In this document: positions 32,879 to 46,198 of the stretch, one piece after another
Position numbering within the stretch: position 1 is the first letter of the stretch
How the letters are laid out: each line of letters starts with the position of its first letter
Source of the DNA: Oculina patagonica
Lineage: Eukaryota
Direction of reading: 5' to 3'
DNA: 64,000 nt
NCBI RefSeq assembly: GCF_052425735.1
Contig: NC_135768.1
Coordinates: forward strand, 20,274,001-20,338,000
Notes under the pieces: generated by a model
What the model saw: the letters and a program-made list of their open reading frames with translations, nothing else
The model's database searches: none
Told to the model about the DNA's origin: nothing
Program-made: the position numbers and the translations under genes

Positions 32879-34843
32879 TATATTGTATATTGTCTACACA
32901 TGACAATATCAACTATTTAAGGAACAGAACACAATTCCCACTGTTCTATCGAGTTTTATTACAAGGCAAACTGGCCCACAAAGTAGAAGGTGCACAATGA
33001 GTGGTTCCCTGAGTAATTAGCTTAACAAAGTTTTGCTAAGCATTATTGGCTTGCAATACTTTAGTTACCAGTGGCAGACCTAAGGGTAGGGCTTTCCACA
33101 AGTTGCTCGAAATTTTCTTTAAATGTTGCATGAAAGTTGCTCCAAAATCCAAAAAGTTGCTCATAAGTTGCTTCAAAATTAAAAAAGCTGCTCCAAAAAA
33201 TCCAAAACGTTGCCTTTAAATAACAAAATTCTCCAAATATATTGGCTAATTTCCCTTTGAAGGCAAGATTGTGAAGCACTTGCATGTAATTTTACCGCAA
33301 CAGAAACATACAGCTCTTCAAATAACACTTGGACAATCATAGAAACTGCAAAAAATAGCTTGAAAGATGAATAGTTGCCAAAAACTTGTGGAAAGCCCTA
33401 CCAAAGGGCATGCCCCCACCCCACCCCCCCCCCAAAACCCACACACTACTGGGGCAAGGACCACCCTCACCCTACTCCCCCTTGGACCATTTTCACTGCC
33501 ACCCACTCCCCCACTCCCTTCCTGCCCGTTTGCAGTACCCCTTGATCTATCACTGGTCACTTCAAGGATTGGCCCTGCAGTTTGTTTGATCTCAGAGTGG
33601 TTGAACAAGTTACAAAACACATCTATTGACAATTAACCCCTTTTACAATTATCAATCTTCACGTTTCTGTCAGTTATATTGCAAATTTATGTGTATACCT
33701 TGTACAACTGACATACATGTATTCTATATACTCAATTAAAAGACACAACTTCCATTTCTGGATACTTTTATGAATTATTGCACTATGATCAATGTACTAA
33801 CAACAATTAAAAGAGGAAATGTTAAGACACGAGTCAGTACAATGTTTTATTACACAAGTATCCTATCTTGTATGACTACACAGAACTTAAGCTACATTAG
33901 GTACCACCTAGCCTGTTCCAGGCGTTCTGTAAGTTGGAGAACAGCACAAAAAACGGGATTAGCGCAAAGACCAGCGAGTGGAAATTCCTCGCGCACCTTT
34001 TTCACGCTTCTCCCCAACTAACAGAACTCCTGGAACACGCTGGGTACCTCCCAAGGCTGTCTTTTAGGGAGTTTTATTTCCACCAATAAAAACAGCACCG
34101 ATACTATTTTTGCAAAAATGTGCTTCTTTGCCAGATTTACCCGTCTTGTCTACTTTTTCCTGAAACTAAGCATGGGGCAATTTCATCACCATTAATCATG
34201 AAGTCTAAAAGTGGTAAATCTAGCCTCCTACAAATACAATCTACATACTTCTAACTTGTCACACAATCTCAGAAGACTGTGTGACAAATTAAAGGTTATC
34301 ACTTCACAAGATTACTATCGAAGTTCTCGTAATGACTTAACATATTTTGTAGAATTTCTCACGAAAGACTTTACTTTCAATCAAGACAGTTTTCCACTGA
34401 TCATCAGTCCCTCAGTCTTGCTGGCTTCCTACTTAAATTTTGTATAAAATGTTTTAGAAGTTACAAATTAGCAATAAATTATTGCTATAGACGAAAGTGC
34501 TGACTAGCTTATTGGGACAAATGAGCTTATTTGTACATACCACAGGCAAGATTAACAAATATAACTAACACACTAGTAATAAAAGGCTGAAATTATTCGA
34601 CCACATAATTCTTAACTAGAGTACTTGTCATCTTATACTTTAAACAAATCATCTGAAGTCGCTTGCAAAGCTCAAATTACTATTTGCACAGCTTGGGCAG
34701 TAGAGTAGAATTCTAATATAATATAATGAAGGCTGCATATAGCACCTATTTGTTGATCTTGCGTGTGTAATTCTTGCCCATGCTCAAGTTGTACATCGTC
34801 GATTTACACATGATTTGTATAAGAGAAGATTCTGAAGAGAAAT

Positions 34844-37800
34844 TTATTTACAGCAGCCACTTTCACGGTGCTCGTTAGTCTCCCTGAGGTCGACCCCTCT
34901 TGGCTGTCGGCCCACAGCAGGGCCGGCTGATGCGGTGTCACTCTTGGGCAATTTCTTTGCTGTAATTAAAAAGAGTTTGTAAATACAACATTCTTATTGT
35001 TGTGCCTCCCATTGAAGCAACAAGTTCTGTTAATTGTAACAAAACATGAGTAAATAAGAATTTCATAATAAGAAATAAAAGCGTTACTCTCATTTAAACA
35101 TGTTTAAAATGTACCAAAAATTTGTAATTAAGTCCCAACATTTCAGCTAAAGATGACCAACACTTCAGCTTTCATCAGGGGAAAGTGATAAAGTAATCTG
35201 CAAAGATCATGTTTTACATTATGCAAATTCAAGCTAATTAAGTTCTGTCCCTCTAAGCTAAATTTAAAAACTTGTGCAGTAGATGCTGTCATCCCGACTC
35301 AGCGGATTCCTACAAATGTTCGTTTCCCATGCTTCTAGAATATGTGGGTGACGCCAATTTGCACTTCTGCATAAAATCTTGGAAGATTCCCAGGAGAAAA
35401 TGTGGCCAAAACATAAACAATGTTCTGCCAATGTTCTACCGCTTTCTGATGTTCTTTAAGGCAAGTACTTAGCAAATTTGCATTTTGTTTCCCCAATATA
35501 GTTCTTGTCACAATCTTGGCAGGGGATTGAAAAAATAGGGCCACAAGTCTGATCTTTTGGGACTGGGTCTGTCAGCTTAGGAAACAAGCTGCCGGTGGTT
35601 TGGTGTCGTTTTAGAGCAACTTTGATATAATAACAGCTCAAAATTTGACAAAGCTTGCAATGTTGCAAGGGGGAATAAACATTGTTATTGTTCCCTATAA
35701 GATTGTCAAGCTAAGGATGGCATAAACAAGCTTCCTTACGTTTCAAGCAAAGAACCCACTCACCTATTGCTAAGAAGATATCATTCACGTTCATAGCAGT
35801 TTTTGCAGACGTCTCCATAAACAAAAGACCATTGTCCTCAGCATAAGATTGAGCATCCTAATAAACAAAACAATTTCACAATTCAGTTGGTTAAAGAATT
35901 GACTGTTCGGACAGTAGAGGCAGGAGTACAGATAGAACAAGCCAAAAAAATATTTTTATATTCATTTAGATTACTAAATTTAGAATTGCTTTCAAACTAA
36001 TATGTAAGTTTTAAATTTTCATATTTCATACAGATGTAATTTTTGCTAAGACCTTAGTATTTTTGTGTAAATGCACAGAAGGGTATTTTTTTGTAAATTT
36101 TTAAACAGGGCCTCTTTTGATAACAGTTTTAACTGTAAAGCTGACAGAGAATCCCCGTAAAAAAATGATCTTACCCATTGTCAGTCAACTTTCAAAACAT
36201 AATCACCTGACAATCAACCAGCGTACTTTCTTCGACAGTTACTGATTAAATGCGTTTCAATTTGCTAAGAATATGAGCAAGACAGATCATTTTTTGTGAA
36301 TGGTATAATGTGGTTTCACAAGATTTAAAAGCATGTTTAGTTTACAGGACGCTTGACTCCACAAAATGCCATAACTGAAACAGTACATATTTCCATTTCA
36401 TGCCAAAAAGATGTAAAAACCTTATCATTATGTGTGTGTGTGCATGTGTGTGGGGAGTACCATCGCTTCTATAAAAGAACTTCTTCTGTGGCATGTTAGT
36501 TAGAATTAAAATTTTGAGCTTTGGAAGAAAAGACATTCAACCAGAGTAACAAACTACCTCATATTCCACCATCCTCTTGCTTGAAAGATCTGCTTTATTT
36601 CCTGCGAGTGCTATGACAATGTTGGGACTGGCCTGTCGCTGAAGTTCTTTCACCCACGTTTTTGCTCTGCCAAATGTGTCATGGTTTGTTATGTCATACA
36701 CAACGATGGCAGCTTGCGCACCTCTGTAGTACATTGGGGCTAAGCTGTGATATCTTTCTTGGCCGGCCGTGTCCCAGATTTCAAACTTGACAGTTGTATC
36801 GTCCAAACATACTGTCTGCGTCAAAAAGGCAGCTATCGAAAACAGAATAAAGATATGAATCAATAGTGAATTATAAGACTCAAAGACCCAAAGAGTTGAG
36901 CAAGCTCATGGTGTCGTGGTCTAGCCTTTGTGTGTAGTAATTAACAGTATGTGTACAGCGCATTTGAACATAGACATATTGAAAATGTCTATATAAATGC
37001 ATTATCATCATCATTGTAATAAGTTTGGTTGTTTGAGTAATGCAACAGATCGACCGCCAAGCTCGATTAGCTCTTAAAGCTATTCTGGATAGAAATTTAT
37101 TGTCTTGTTTTTGGTCTTTTTAACTCTTGTTATAGAATTTGTGTAGACCAAAGTAAATAGACGTGTGCTGTTGTTGTTTAGTTTCTGAAATGCTTTTCGT
37201 TAAGGAATTGAAACCTGAGTTAAATAGTCAAAAAGACTCAATTTGTGCCAAACTTTTTACTTGACTCTTTTGCATGCAAATATTTTATTTTAGTTTTACT
37301 ATCTTTGTTTTTATTATATTAGTGTCCCTTAGGAATTTTCTGTATATTTTTATATCATACATTAAGCAAACGTCATTGCTTATTTTAACCAAAATGGCTT
37401 TTAAGTTTTTAATTTAATCACAATGTTTCAGACTTCCTGAAATTATTACAGTCCAACCGGATGTTCTTTTGATGGGAACTTTGCAATGTTGCGGCGCAAT
37501 GTTCCAATATTGATTGACAGTTTGCTCGTCGCAACTTGCAACTTTCAATTCAAATTTGCTCGAGCAAAGTTGCCAAGTTCCGGTTTTCATTTTGCCGTAT
37601 AAAACGAGGTTGTACCACCTTTGTTTCAAAGAAACAGAAAATAATTGCCCCTTATTCGACTGTTCGTCAACAGAATGCGAGAAATAAGCGACAGGCTTAG
37701 TTTACATTGCTAAGTTACGAATAACATTTCAAATTTACAAACGTAAGCCGTAATTTGCGGAGCAAATTTGAATTTTTAAGCACAATTCCAAGTTTGGCGA

Positions 37801-39517
37801 TTTCAACTAAGCCTGTCGTTAATTTATCGCAGTCTGTTGATAAGCAGTCGACCATAGGACAATTATTTCATCTTTCTTTGAGACAGAGGTGGAATTATTA
37901 TGTTTCATACGGGAAAAATGAAAACCGGAACTTGGCAACTTGCTCAGGCAAATTTGAATTGAAAGTTGCAAGTTGCAATGAGCAAACTGTCAATCAATAT
38001 TGGAACATTGCGCCGCAACATTGCAAAGTTCCCATCAAAAGAACATCCGGTTTGACTGTAACATCTTGTTGCACTCTTTTAAAGCTGAAAACAATTTTGT
38101 TTTCAATGTACATGAATATGGATGAAGGTAGACATGTAAACTTCTTACCTCCAATTGTGCTTTCTTGATATTCATGAAACTGTCCTTTTACAAATCTTAA
38201 AACCAAACTTGACTTGCCTACTGCTGATTCGCCTGTTTATTAAAATTAAAAACAAAAAATCAGCACGGCTGCATACCCTGTTTGTTTAAAACTCAGGAGA
38301 ACAAAGAACAATGAAGAATTTGAACAAGGAAGTACCAGTACTTGACAAACTAATTCTCAACAAGGAAGTTAAGAAAGTTAATGAAGACATCCCAAACGTT
38401 CCTGGAATTCAAATGCTACTACGCAGGAGAGAAGTTGAAGCACCTACTGTATCTCCCTGATGAAGTCTTTTGAATAAAGACGAAATATCGGCAAAGTCGA
38501 ATTTTTCAGTTTATTTGATGCTTATATAATAATTTCTGGATCCTAAATCATGACAAAGGATGTTGTTGATGAATTGAATATTTTATACATAAAGACGAAA
38601 TATCAGCAAAGTCGAATTTTTCAGTTTATTTGATGCTTATATAATAATTTCTGGATCCTAAATCATGACAAAGGATGTTGTTGATGAATTGAATATTTTA
38701 TACATAAATAAGATACAGTCAACTCTCTCTTAACGGACACCTCTATAAGACGGACACCTCCATAAGACGGACACCTGGTGATGGTCCCTGCCGTTTTTCA
38801 GTCATTTTACTGTAACAAAACTCTCTGTAAGACGGACACCTCTCTAAGACAGACAACGGACACTTTGAAACCGCCAACGGACACGCACAAAAAGTTATTT
38901 TTTTAGTGAATAATACTTCGAAACTTGGTATCAACATTTAGCATAGTATGTCAGCGCCTTTAGAATACCAAACTTACCCAAAACAATCTGCTATAACGTA
39001 TTCCTTAAGCATATGGCACCAAAGAGGCAGTTTTCTTCTTACAGTATTACCGTTTGTAATGAACAAACAAGTCGAATTTTTGATACTGTTTTTGTTCCAC
39101 GTTATAGGTTTTGCTAAAGTAAGCGACTCATAACAGACGTGTATTCGTTGTGTATAGCCGTTTAGGTTTATCTTCTCAAAATTTCTGGTGTCGCGTTACC
39201 TCGACTCTCTATAAGGTGGACACCTCTCTAAGACGGACAGCTGGGGCCGGTCCCCATGGTGTCCGTCTTAGAGAGAGTTGACTGTACACTGGCCATGCAA
39301 AACCAGAAGAGGAAATCTTGACTTCTTTTGGACCAAATATTATGACCTTGTTCAAAAGATATTCCTTTCCTAACCACCTCAAGTTTATGGTAAAGGTTAA
39401 AACAACACACATATTACCACACTAGTCATAATACTCACCTAAAAGTACCAGTTTAAACTGACAGATTTTTCCCTGCACAGCTCCATTGGGGCGTTGTGCC
39501 GTTCCCCGCGCAGCCAT
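34844..39517 (-). CDS. RAB5: Ras-related protein Rab5, 215 aa
   Basis: Exons 39439-39517 ([27 protein letters not shown]), 38149-38232 ([27 protein letters not shown]), 36558-36832 ([55 protein letters not shown]), 35764-35857 ([17 protein letters not shown]), 34844-34959 (..SGCCK*, prenylation motif). 648 nt in frame. Confidence 0.97.
35100..35700 (-). mobile_element. Penelope-like element 3' remnant (GIY-YIG endonuclease fragment plus pLTR) in the last Rab5 intron
   Basis: [21 protein letters not shown] and, after a frameshift, [12 protein letters not shown] match the PLE GIY-YIG consensus; followed by a hammerhead motif. Confidence 0.8.
35134..35181 (-). ncRNA. Minimal type-I hammerhead ribozyme motif (Penelope type)
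   Basis: CCC-CUGAUGA-A-AGCUGAAG(loop)CUUUAGCU-GAAA-UG-UU-GGG: both core boxes, 8-bp stem II, 3-bp stem I. Confidence 0.7.
37449..38058. mobile_element. Foldback MITE with about 270-bp inverted arms, TA TSD
   Basis: TA|CAGTCCAACCGGATGTTCTTTTGATGGG..CCCATCAAAAGAACATCCGGTTTGACTG|TA; mirrored ORFs 37414-37629(-) and 37755-38168(+) give near-identical peptides. Confidence 0.9.
38455..38491 (+). ncRNA. Minimal type-I hammerhead ribozyme motif (Penelope type)
   Basis: CC-CUGAUGA-A-GUCUUU(UGAAU)AAAGAC-GAAA-UA-UC-GG: core boxes, 6-bp stem II, palindromic AUAU stem III, AUC triplet; stem I only 2 bp. Confidence 0.6.
38474..38708 (+). repeat. Tandem duplication 2 x 115 bp
   Basis: ATAAAGACGAAATATC..TTTTATAC repeated at 38474 and 38589 with one visible mismatch. 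Confidence 0.9.
38716..39284. mobile_element. Tc1/pogo-type MITE
   Basis: TA|CAGTCAACTCTCTCT..AGAGAGAGTTGACTG|TA with GGACACCTCT subterminal repeats. Confidence 0.82.
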
Positions 39518-41759
39518 TGAAAGACACTTAAACGTACAGAAGAGTTCTGGGCCGAAGCTTCAAGATTCCAGCTTAAAAATGTTGTTAACGTAGATCACAC
39601 ACCTAAAAATATCAAAGAAATCACCAATTAAAATCACACAAAATACCTGTGATGCATAATTTTAAGACAATTTATTGGAGATATGTCCATTCCTGTAACT
39701 AAGTTCATAATTAAAAGGCTGACAAGAAACAGTAGGCGACCAGAGTTGCATGCGTGTTGGAGTTCTGGTTCTGATTCTGCTTCCCCAGAAAATTTAGAAA
39801 TCTAGAGTTGCTGAAATGCCATTTCCAGCATTCTTTAGAGCTATGGAGGAAAAATGTCCTCCGCAACGCCTGCTTCATTGGTGCAGACGCCTTGTTGTTC
39901 TGTTAGATTGCCCTTTAAACTGTGAACTATACAGTTACAATGTCCTGGGCATTCAACAACATTTGTACGAACATTGAGTAAAATACTATCATCGATCTGC
40001 ACGTCAAAACCTGTTAAAATATGCATTGGCTACACAAAACTGGGAAAGGGATGTTTTACAAGTTTCTAAGTTGATGGTATTTTAATAACTGTAAGAATAA
40101 TTTTCTTCTGCTGTAAACAGCACAATGAGATAAAAGTATCTGACTGAAAATGCTTTACTGGCTAGTGGTTTTGGCTGATGACAGGCCCTTAATGCAAACC
40201 ATGGCAGAAAATAGACTGCTGAGTGTACTTTTACATTTTCATTAAGGGCACCTGAGAAACTAATAGCCATGTTGTAATATTATATGTAAAAAATTATTCA
40301 ACAAAATAAAAAGGTTGCTTTCTGTAGTGGCAGAAAATGGATTGTTAAAACCCTCAATTGTTATTATCTAATGAACTTGGCAAGATCAATCCATTGTTAA
40401 GTCAAAGGAAAATTATGAAAATAAAATTAAGAATGATAATTTACAAAGTTCTTAGAACTAACATTAAAATAAATATACGATATTCATTAAGAAGAATTAA
40501 CATTTTACATGTAAATATGCAATGATCAAGCACAAAAGCAATAAAGGGCATGAAAATAGGAAGATTCCAACATCGCAAAAAGACAAAACAGTCATGAAAT
40601 ATGAAGTAAACAAAACTTATTGCAGATATTATTATTCAAACAAAATTGTTTTATGACATTGAATTCTTTGGTATGTTATCTTTAAAGATTATAATTGAGC
40701 TTGCAGAGTTTACGAAATAACTGTGCAATGTCGAAACGTGTGTTATTAAAAATTTTATAAAATATAAGACGTAAATTTATTTACAACAAGAACGTTCTAG
40801 TCGACCGTGAGGGAAATTCGTGAACAAAAAAGCTTGCAAAATGGCAACGCTAAACGATTATTACGAAATAAGCAAATCGATTCTTACATACAAGTCATTT
40901 TACAATATTGCAATCTTTCAGACACTGCATTCGTGAAAATGGATTAGATTAAGTTCTTATGTACATGTAAATTTAAACTCCCAAGAAACACAACAACTAT
41001 TTTACTAGGGCGTTACAAGTAGAAGCTTATGTTCAATATCTACGAGGCAACGCAATGTTTTATCGCTATACAGAACATGCAAACTCAGATTAACATTTTT
41101 TATTTAGATCGCTTGTCCGGACAAGAATCGACATTGATGCACTCTGTTCACAAAGCAATACTGCTCAAATTTTTACACCAAATACGTTTTAATTTAAATG
41201 CAAAGAACGCAACATCGGTTTGTGTCTAATAATTCGCTCAAAATTGTATGTATATCGGTGAAACTTCGTGACACTTCAATCGAGGAGTACTTATATCGGA
41301 AAACTCCCTCCGTTTGTGACTTTTAAGACAGCAATGGAGAGTTTTGCGTCGAAGAGGAATACAGTTTTGGCAAGAAATATTCGTAGAAACAAACTTTCAT
41401 GCATGATCAAACTAAGTACGTCATACTTTCCAAATAAACGTTCAAAATGAGTCAAAGCGTTTGCGAATTTCCGGTGACAGCAACTCAAAAAGGAACGACG
41501 AAATCGCCCGTTTCAACGTTAGGAAAGGAGGAAAATTATTCTGCCTTGCTCTCGCAAAGCAAGGGAGCGATTTGTCAACAATAACAAGGAAATCTTCTAA
41601 CTACCGGGTAGATATAAACGTGTCGGAGGAACAAATATGGCGACGATTCAAAGTACGCATCGCCCGAGTTCCTTTGACGTTTACGGCAAAATATACCATG
41701 AAATGGCGCAATCATGGCCAAATATCAGCACAGAGCTGTTCACTAGGCAATAAACTTAC

Positions 41760-41900
41760 CTCTAAATGGACTTCTGGGCAGTAAGATTCGAAGAAATCAA
41801 TGAAAATAGCTGATATCACTCCAAGGTACAAGTTTCAGTTCAGAGCAGGACCACAATGACCCGCGTGACTACACAAGCCCTGCCATTGCCACTCAACTCC
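41760..41900 (-). other. Probable non-coding first exon (5' UTR) of Rab5
   Basis: Strong donor AG|GTAAGT at 41759 and acceptor TAG at 39603-39605 upstream of the ATG. Promoter-like motifs just upstream (TTACGTCA at about 41930, GC box at about 41968). Upstream exon boundary is approximate. Confidence 0.55.
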
Positions 41901-43068
41901 AGGCCACCCCACAGTTTAGAACTAAAACATTACGTCATCGTTCTTTTTCGGACCCGAAAATTTCGGCTCCGCCCTCAAGAGCTCTAGAGCAGACGTCGAC
42001 GTATTTCGGCCTTGTTTTACGTTACACCTGTTATATATAGCTGCCAGTTATTATTTTCGGCGGGCGTAAAACAACCGGCGGAAATCCGCTTGCGTTTGTA
42101 GACGCAAAACCTTTTCTTTTTCTCAAGATCAGATGGAACACATTTATTTTCCCGGGTTTCCCTCAGCTCAGCTCCGTCTTTGTTGGGTGGTATCTGAAAT
42201 AAAGTTCATAATTAAAAGATTGTAAAAATTGCACAGCCAAGCTGAATGACTCTTTTTACCTCCCGTCCCGGTAAATTACACAAAATGCGCAGAATGAAAG
42301 TTGAAATTTGCGGTTTTTCGTACTAGTGACAATATTTTCAGGTAAAAATAAAAACACACAGCGGTGACAAACATGACAAGACAACGCACGTTGAAAAAAA
42401 AAACTGGATTTTAAACACAACGTTTACTTCTGAAGATGCATGTTGAAGCCCACATAACGCTTTGTGCGTATTACCGCTGAAATTATGGCGCGACGTCACA
42501 TAGATTCGGTGTCTGATTGGTTACTTTTTCCCGCTTTGGCTTGCTTTGTTTGCAGAGGTGGCTAAACGATCAAACATTTGCGCGTGAAGCAAAATGTTGG
42601 ATGAAAATGTTTGATCTAGATCAAACATGGGAAACCATTTAAATGCAATGTTGAGAGAGGCGGCTAAACGGTCAAACATGTTCTTCCAACATGATGTTGG
42701 ACGAAAATGTTTGAACGTTTAGCCGGGGTTTTAGAGTCACGTGATGAAATATGACCGGGACTGTCATTCGTTAACGTCTTTAATTAGCGGGAGGGGTACG
42801 CCCATTGAGGACAAAGTTACCAGTAACGTGTTGAGCCCGTTAAAACTACTTATCAAAACGTGTTAGAGTTTGGTGCAAGTTGTGGCTTAAAAATAACTGT
42901 CTTTCACTGTCACACCTTCCGAAACGTTTTCTCCAAAAAATAGTTGATTGAGGAAACGACATTATAGATTACTCATTACTTGAAGGCGACAATTAATCAC
43001 AAATGGTTTAGATCTATACTGCAGAATGTCCAGGATTATGCGACATGGACTCCCAACTCCAATTCTAA

Positions 43069-43490
43069 GGCACTGTTTACACGGACACGGTTTCATTTGT
43101 AACCGCATCGCTTTCGATGCGCTTACGCCTTTCGTTTACACGGCGCCGATCGAGACCACTACTGAAACCGGGTCGTTTTGAAAACGCTGTCAAAAGTGGA
43201 GCGTTTTCAAAACGATACGGTTTCGTTGGACGTGTAAACGGTCAAAAACGACGAAACCGCATCGATTTGAAAACGGCAACGTATTTTGGCACAAATTGGC
43301 TGGCTCACGAAGGGTAAACATGGTGAAACACGCATAGAGAGCAGCGCTTGCTTATACAATCACATTTGAAAACAGTCGGAAAATGGTTAAATAGGTTCCG
43401 TGTAAACACTTCGAAACCGTGTCGTTTTCGATGCGGTTTCGAGGTCATGAAACCGTGTTGATTGATAACCGTGTCCGTGTAAACGTAGCC
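43069..43490. mobile_element. PIF/Harbinger-like MITE
   Basis: TAA|GGCACTGTTTACACGGACACGGTT..AACCGTGTCCGTGTAAACGTAGCC|TAA. Confidence 0.82.
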
Positions 43491-44555
43491 TAATGCTAGT
43501 TTGCAACATGAAACGAGTTTTCAGTCAATCGAGTTTTTTGACAACAATTTGTCATCTTTTTGTTGGTTTTCCAAACTTCTCAGCCAATCAGAGCCAACAA
43601 CCGCACGTGTCACTGGGATGTATTGACACGTGACTGCTGTATCGGCACGTGCAACGTATCGACACGTGGCTACAATGACGTCAGACTAACTCTTGATTTT
43701 GATTGGGCAAGGAAGGGGAGAAACCAATAAAAAGACATCAAGAATTACTTAGAACTTTATCGAGTGACAACAGTATTGCATTTTACATTGGTATAAAAAA
43801 TCAGAAAATATAATTAATGCTTACAGTAACACTTAGATTCAAATTGCAATATCACTTAACTTGGTTAACAACAAATTACTTTTAACGTTATTAAAAAATT
43901 GATAAATTGATACATTTTAAGCATATGGTACATGTGATTCATATCAGGCCATTAACTATATTGATTACAACTAATATCATATAAAACACCCCATTCCTAA
44001 TTAAAGTAGCTAAACTTCCCCCATTCCAATCTTTTCTTAAGGTAAATAACTCCCAGACCCCGTCATCCTGCTCTGTCAGTCACGAAGGAGTAAAACTGGG
44101 ACACGATGTTCCAGGTCTCCCTCGACCTCTGTTTCTAGTCTTACCCAGTCCCTTGGGTTCGTCATCCGAGAGCACAAAGTTAATTATCGACTTGGTAAAT
44201 TACGTTTCAGCCTCAAAATTGTAAAACAAAAAAATATTTCAAACAGGCACTTTTTAGCTCTGCGCCTGAAGAGATCAATAAATTTTCTAAAAATAATTTA
44301 TTGGTTTCTACGCTCCTAACTTTCACTTTTGCTAGTGAAAAGGAGCTAAGTCAGCCTAAATTTTTCAAGTTCACTGTTCGAAATCCATCACAATCTACCC
44401 CATTTTAAACCATCCTTGTTTCTTTTTGGTTTAATATTACCTCTTTAGTGTTTCTCTGCTTTTCTTAACTATTATTTTGAGGTATCCTTCGATTTAAACT
44501 GTAATTTTGTACCCCACGAAAACTGACTTGATATCTCGTGGCATAGGATCATTAA

Positions 44556-45250
44556 AGGGGCTTTGTCACGGATTTTAACAGATTTTTAAATAGCCAAAAT
44601 TTATTTTTGTGTCGTAGGAAACTTAAAAATAATGCTCCATTTCTATTAACAATTGCTATTTTAGAGCACTAAAGCTGTTTAAAAGCGCGTTTGGCTGCAG
44701 ATGGCTCGGATGGAAATGGATTGCAATTTGAAAACAATAGCCAACGTTTTCAAGTTGTTTCCGCGCGCCTTAAAAAAATAAATCAATATTTATAGCCGAA
44801 GTCTGATTTCTATCCCCAAATAAAGGTTATACCTTCAGTTAAATGTTCAAATGTTTTTCAAAAGTGCCTATCACTTACATCAGACCAGTTTAGACCAAAA
44901 ATCTGCGAAATCCCCGTAACATAGTCCCTTTCATTCTCGTCCCCATAGCCTTTTCGTTTTTCTTAGCCGGCTGGGCCTTGGCACGAGAAAACGAAGGGCT
45001 CTGGGGACACAGGATTTCCAGTCCTAGATTTTAGGACTTCCGGTTTTCATGTATGCAGTCATGACGTTTCAATAGAATGTATGAAAGAGTCGTTACGTTT
45101 TCGACCTCCGTTTAGGAATTCTTTGTTCCAAACAGCCAATCAAAAAAATTCGAATTAATTCAAAAATCCTATGTCTCCAGAGCCCTTCGTTTTCTCGTGC
45201 CAAGTCGGCTAAGAGAAACGAAAAGGCTTTGGGGACAAGAATGAGTCCCT
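44556..45250. mobile_element. Kolobok-like non-autonomous element (TTAA TSD)
   Basis: TTAA|AGGGGCTTTGTCACGG..CCGTAACATAGTCCCT|TTAA, with the right end split by the next element. Confidence 0.7.
44932..45243. mobile_element. MITE with long TIRs and 9-bp TSD
   Basis: CATTCTCGTCCCCA..TGGGGACAAGAATG; AGTCCCTTT duplicated at 44923-44931 and 45244-45252. Confidence 0.85.
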
Positions 45251-45377
45251 TTAACTTCGCGCCACCCACCACCTCCTAATTTGTTTTGACAAAGGGCTGA
45301 TGCTCACAAATCAAGTAGATTATTAACTAAGTGTATTTAATCGTAGCGCAATCGCTTCTTCTAAATTTGTTCACAAA

Positions 45378-46165
45378 CTAATCGCCTTCTTCGTCCGACA
45401 GATCATTGACTCCCACTGACTGGTCCATAGTGTCATTGGCGTCCAGGCCCATAGTGTTGTCGTCATCATCCGGGAGATATCGCTTGTTGATGGCTTCTTT
45501 GATCTGGTTGTTAGCTCCTTTGGGATCCAAGTCGATTGCCCAGGAAAAGTTCATTTGTGCTAAGTGGTTTTGACCAAGCTTTCTGTAAACCTGTCAAAAT
45601 TGAGCAAAGAGTCATGAGGATTTTCGTCAAACTTAGAGTTTCTTGGAGCGAATCAGGGGTCCAGACTTGAGCCTAGGCAAGGTCACTTTGATGTGTTCTT
45701 GGGCAAAATACTTCACTTTCACAGTGTCTCTCTCCACCAAGGTGTATAAATGCGTACTGGTCGAGTATCGGGGCAACCTAACAGAATGCTCGCAAGGGGA
45801 GGGGAAGGGCTTGATCACGGTCAAGATGTCGGCGGGGGGAGAGGGGGTTCATGGGCGAGACACTTTACTTTTACAGTGCCTTTCGCGCTATTCAGACCCT
45901 AGTTGTTCAAACGACAGACAACGCCATTCACCGGATAAATCGCTGTCAAGGGAAAAGCGTAGTTAGCTTTGCTAACACTTAGCTACTAGACAGTGATTTT
46001 TTCGGTGGATTAGAGCGTCATCCAAACTTTGAACAACCATACCCAGGAGTATTAATGGCATTGGCAAGTTGTTAGCAACCTGATAAAATACTGATGCCAA
46101 CCTGTGTTAGACTGGTATCTCATCCAGGGGGAGTAGCAATGGGCTCTTTGCAGCTTACGGTCACA

Positions 46166-46198
<33 letters not shown>

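Noticed and set aside
37414-38168. Two near-identical ORFs on opposite strands as duplicated genes
   Set aside because: They are the two arms of a foldback MITE inside a Rab5 intron.
45284-45320. TTTGACAAAGGGCTGATGCTCACAAATC as a decayed hammerhead in the CDC27 3' UTR
   Set aside because: Both catalytic boxes are mutated; too degenerate to support.
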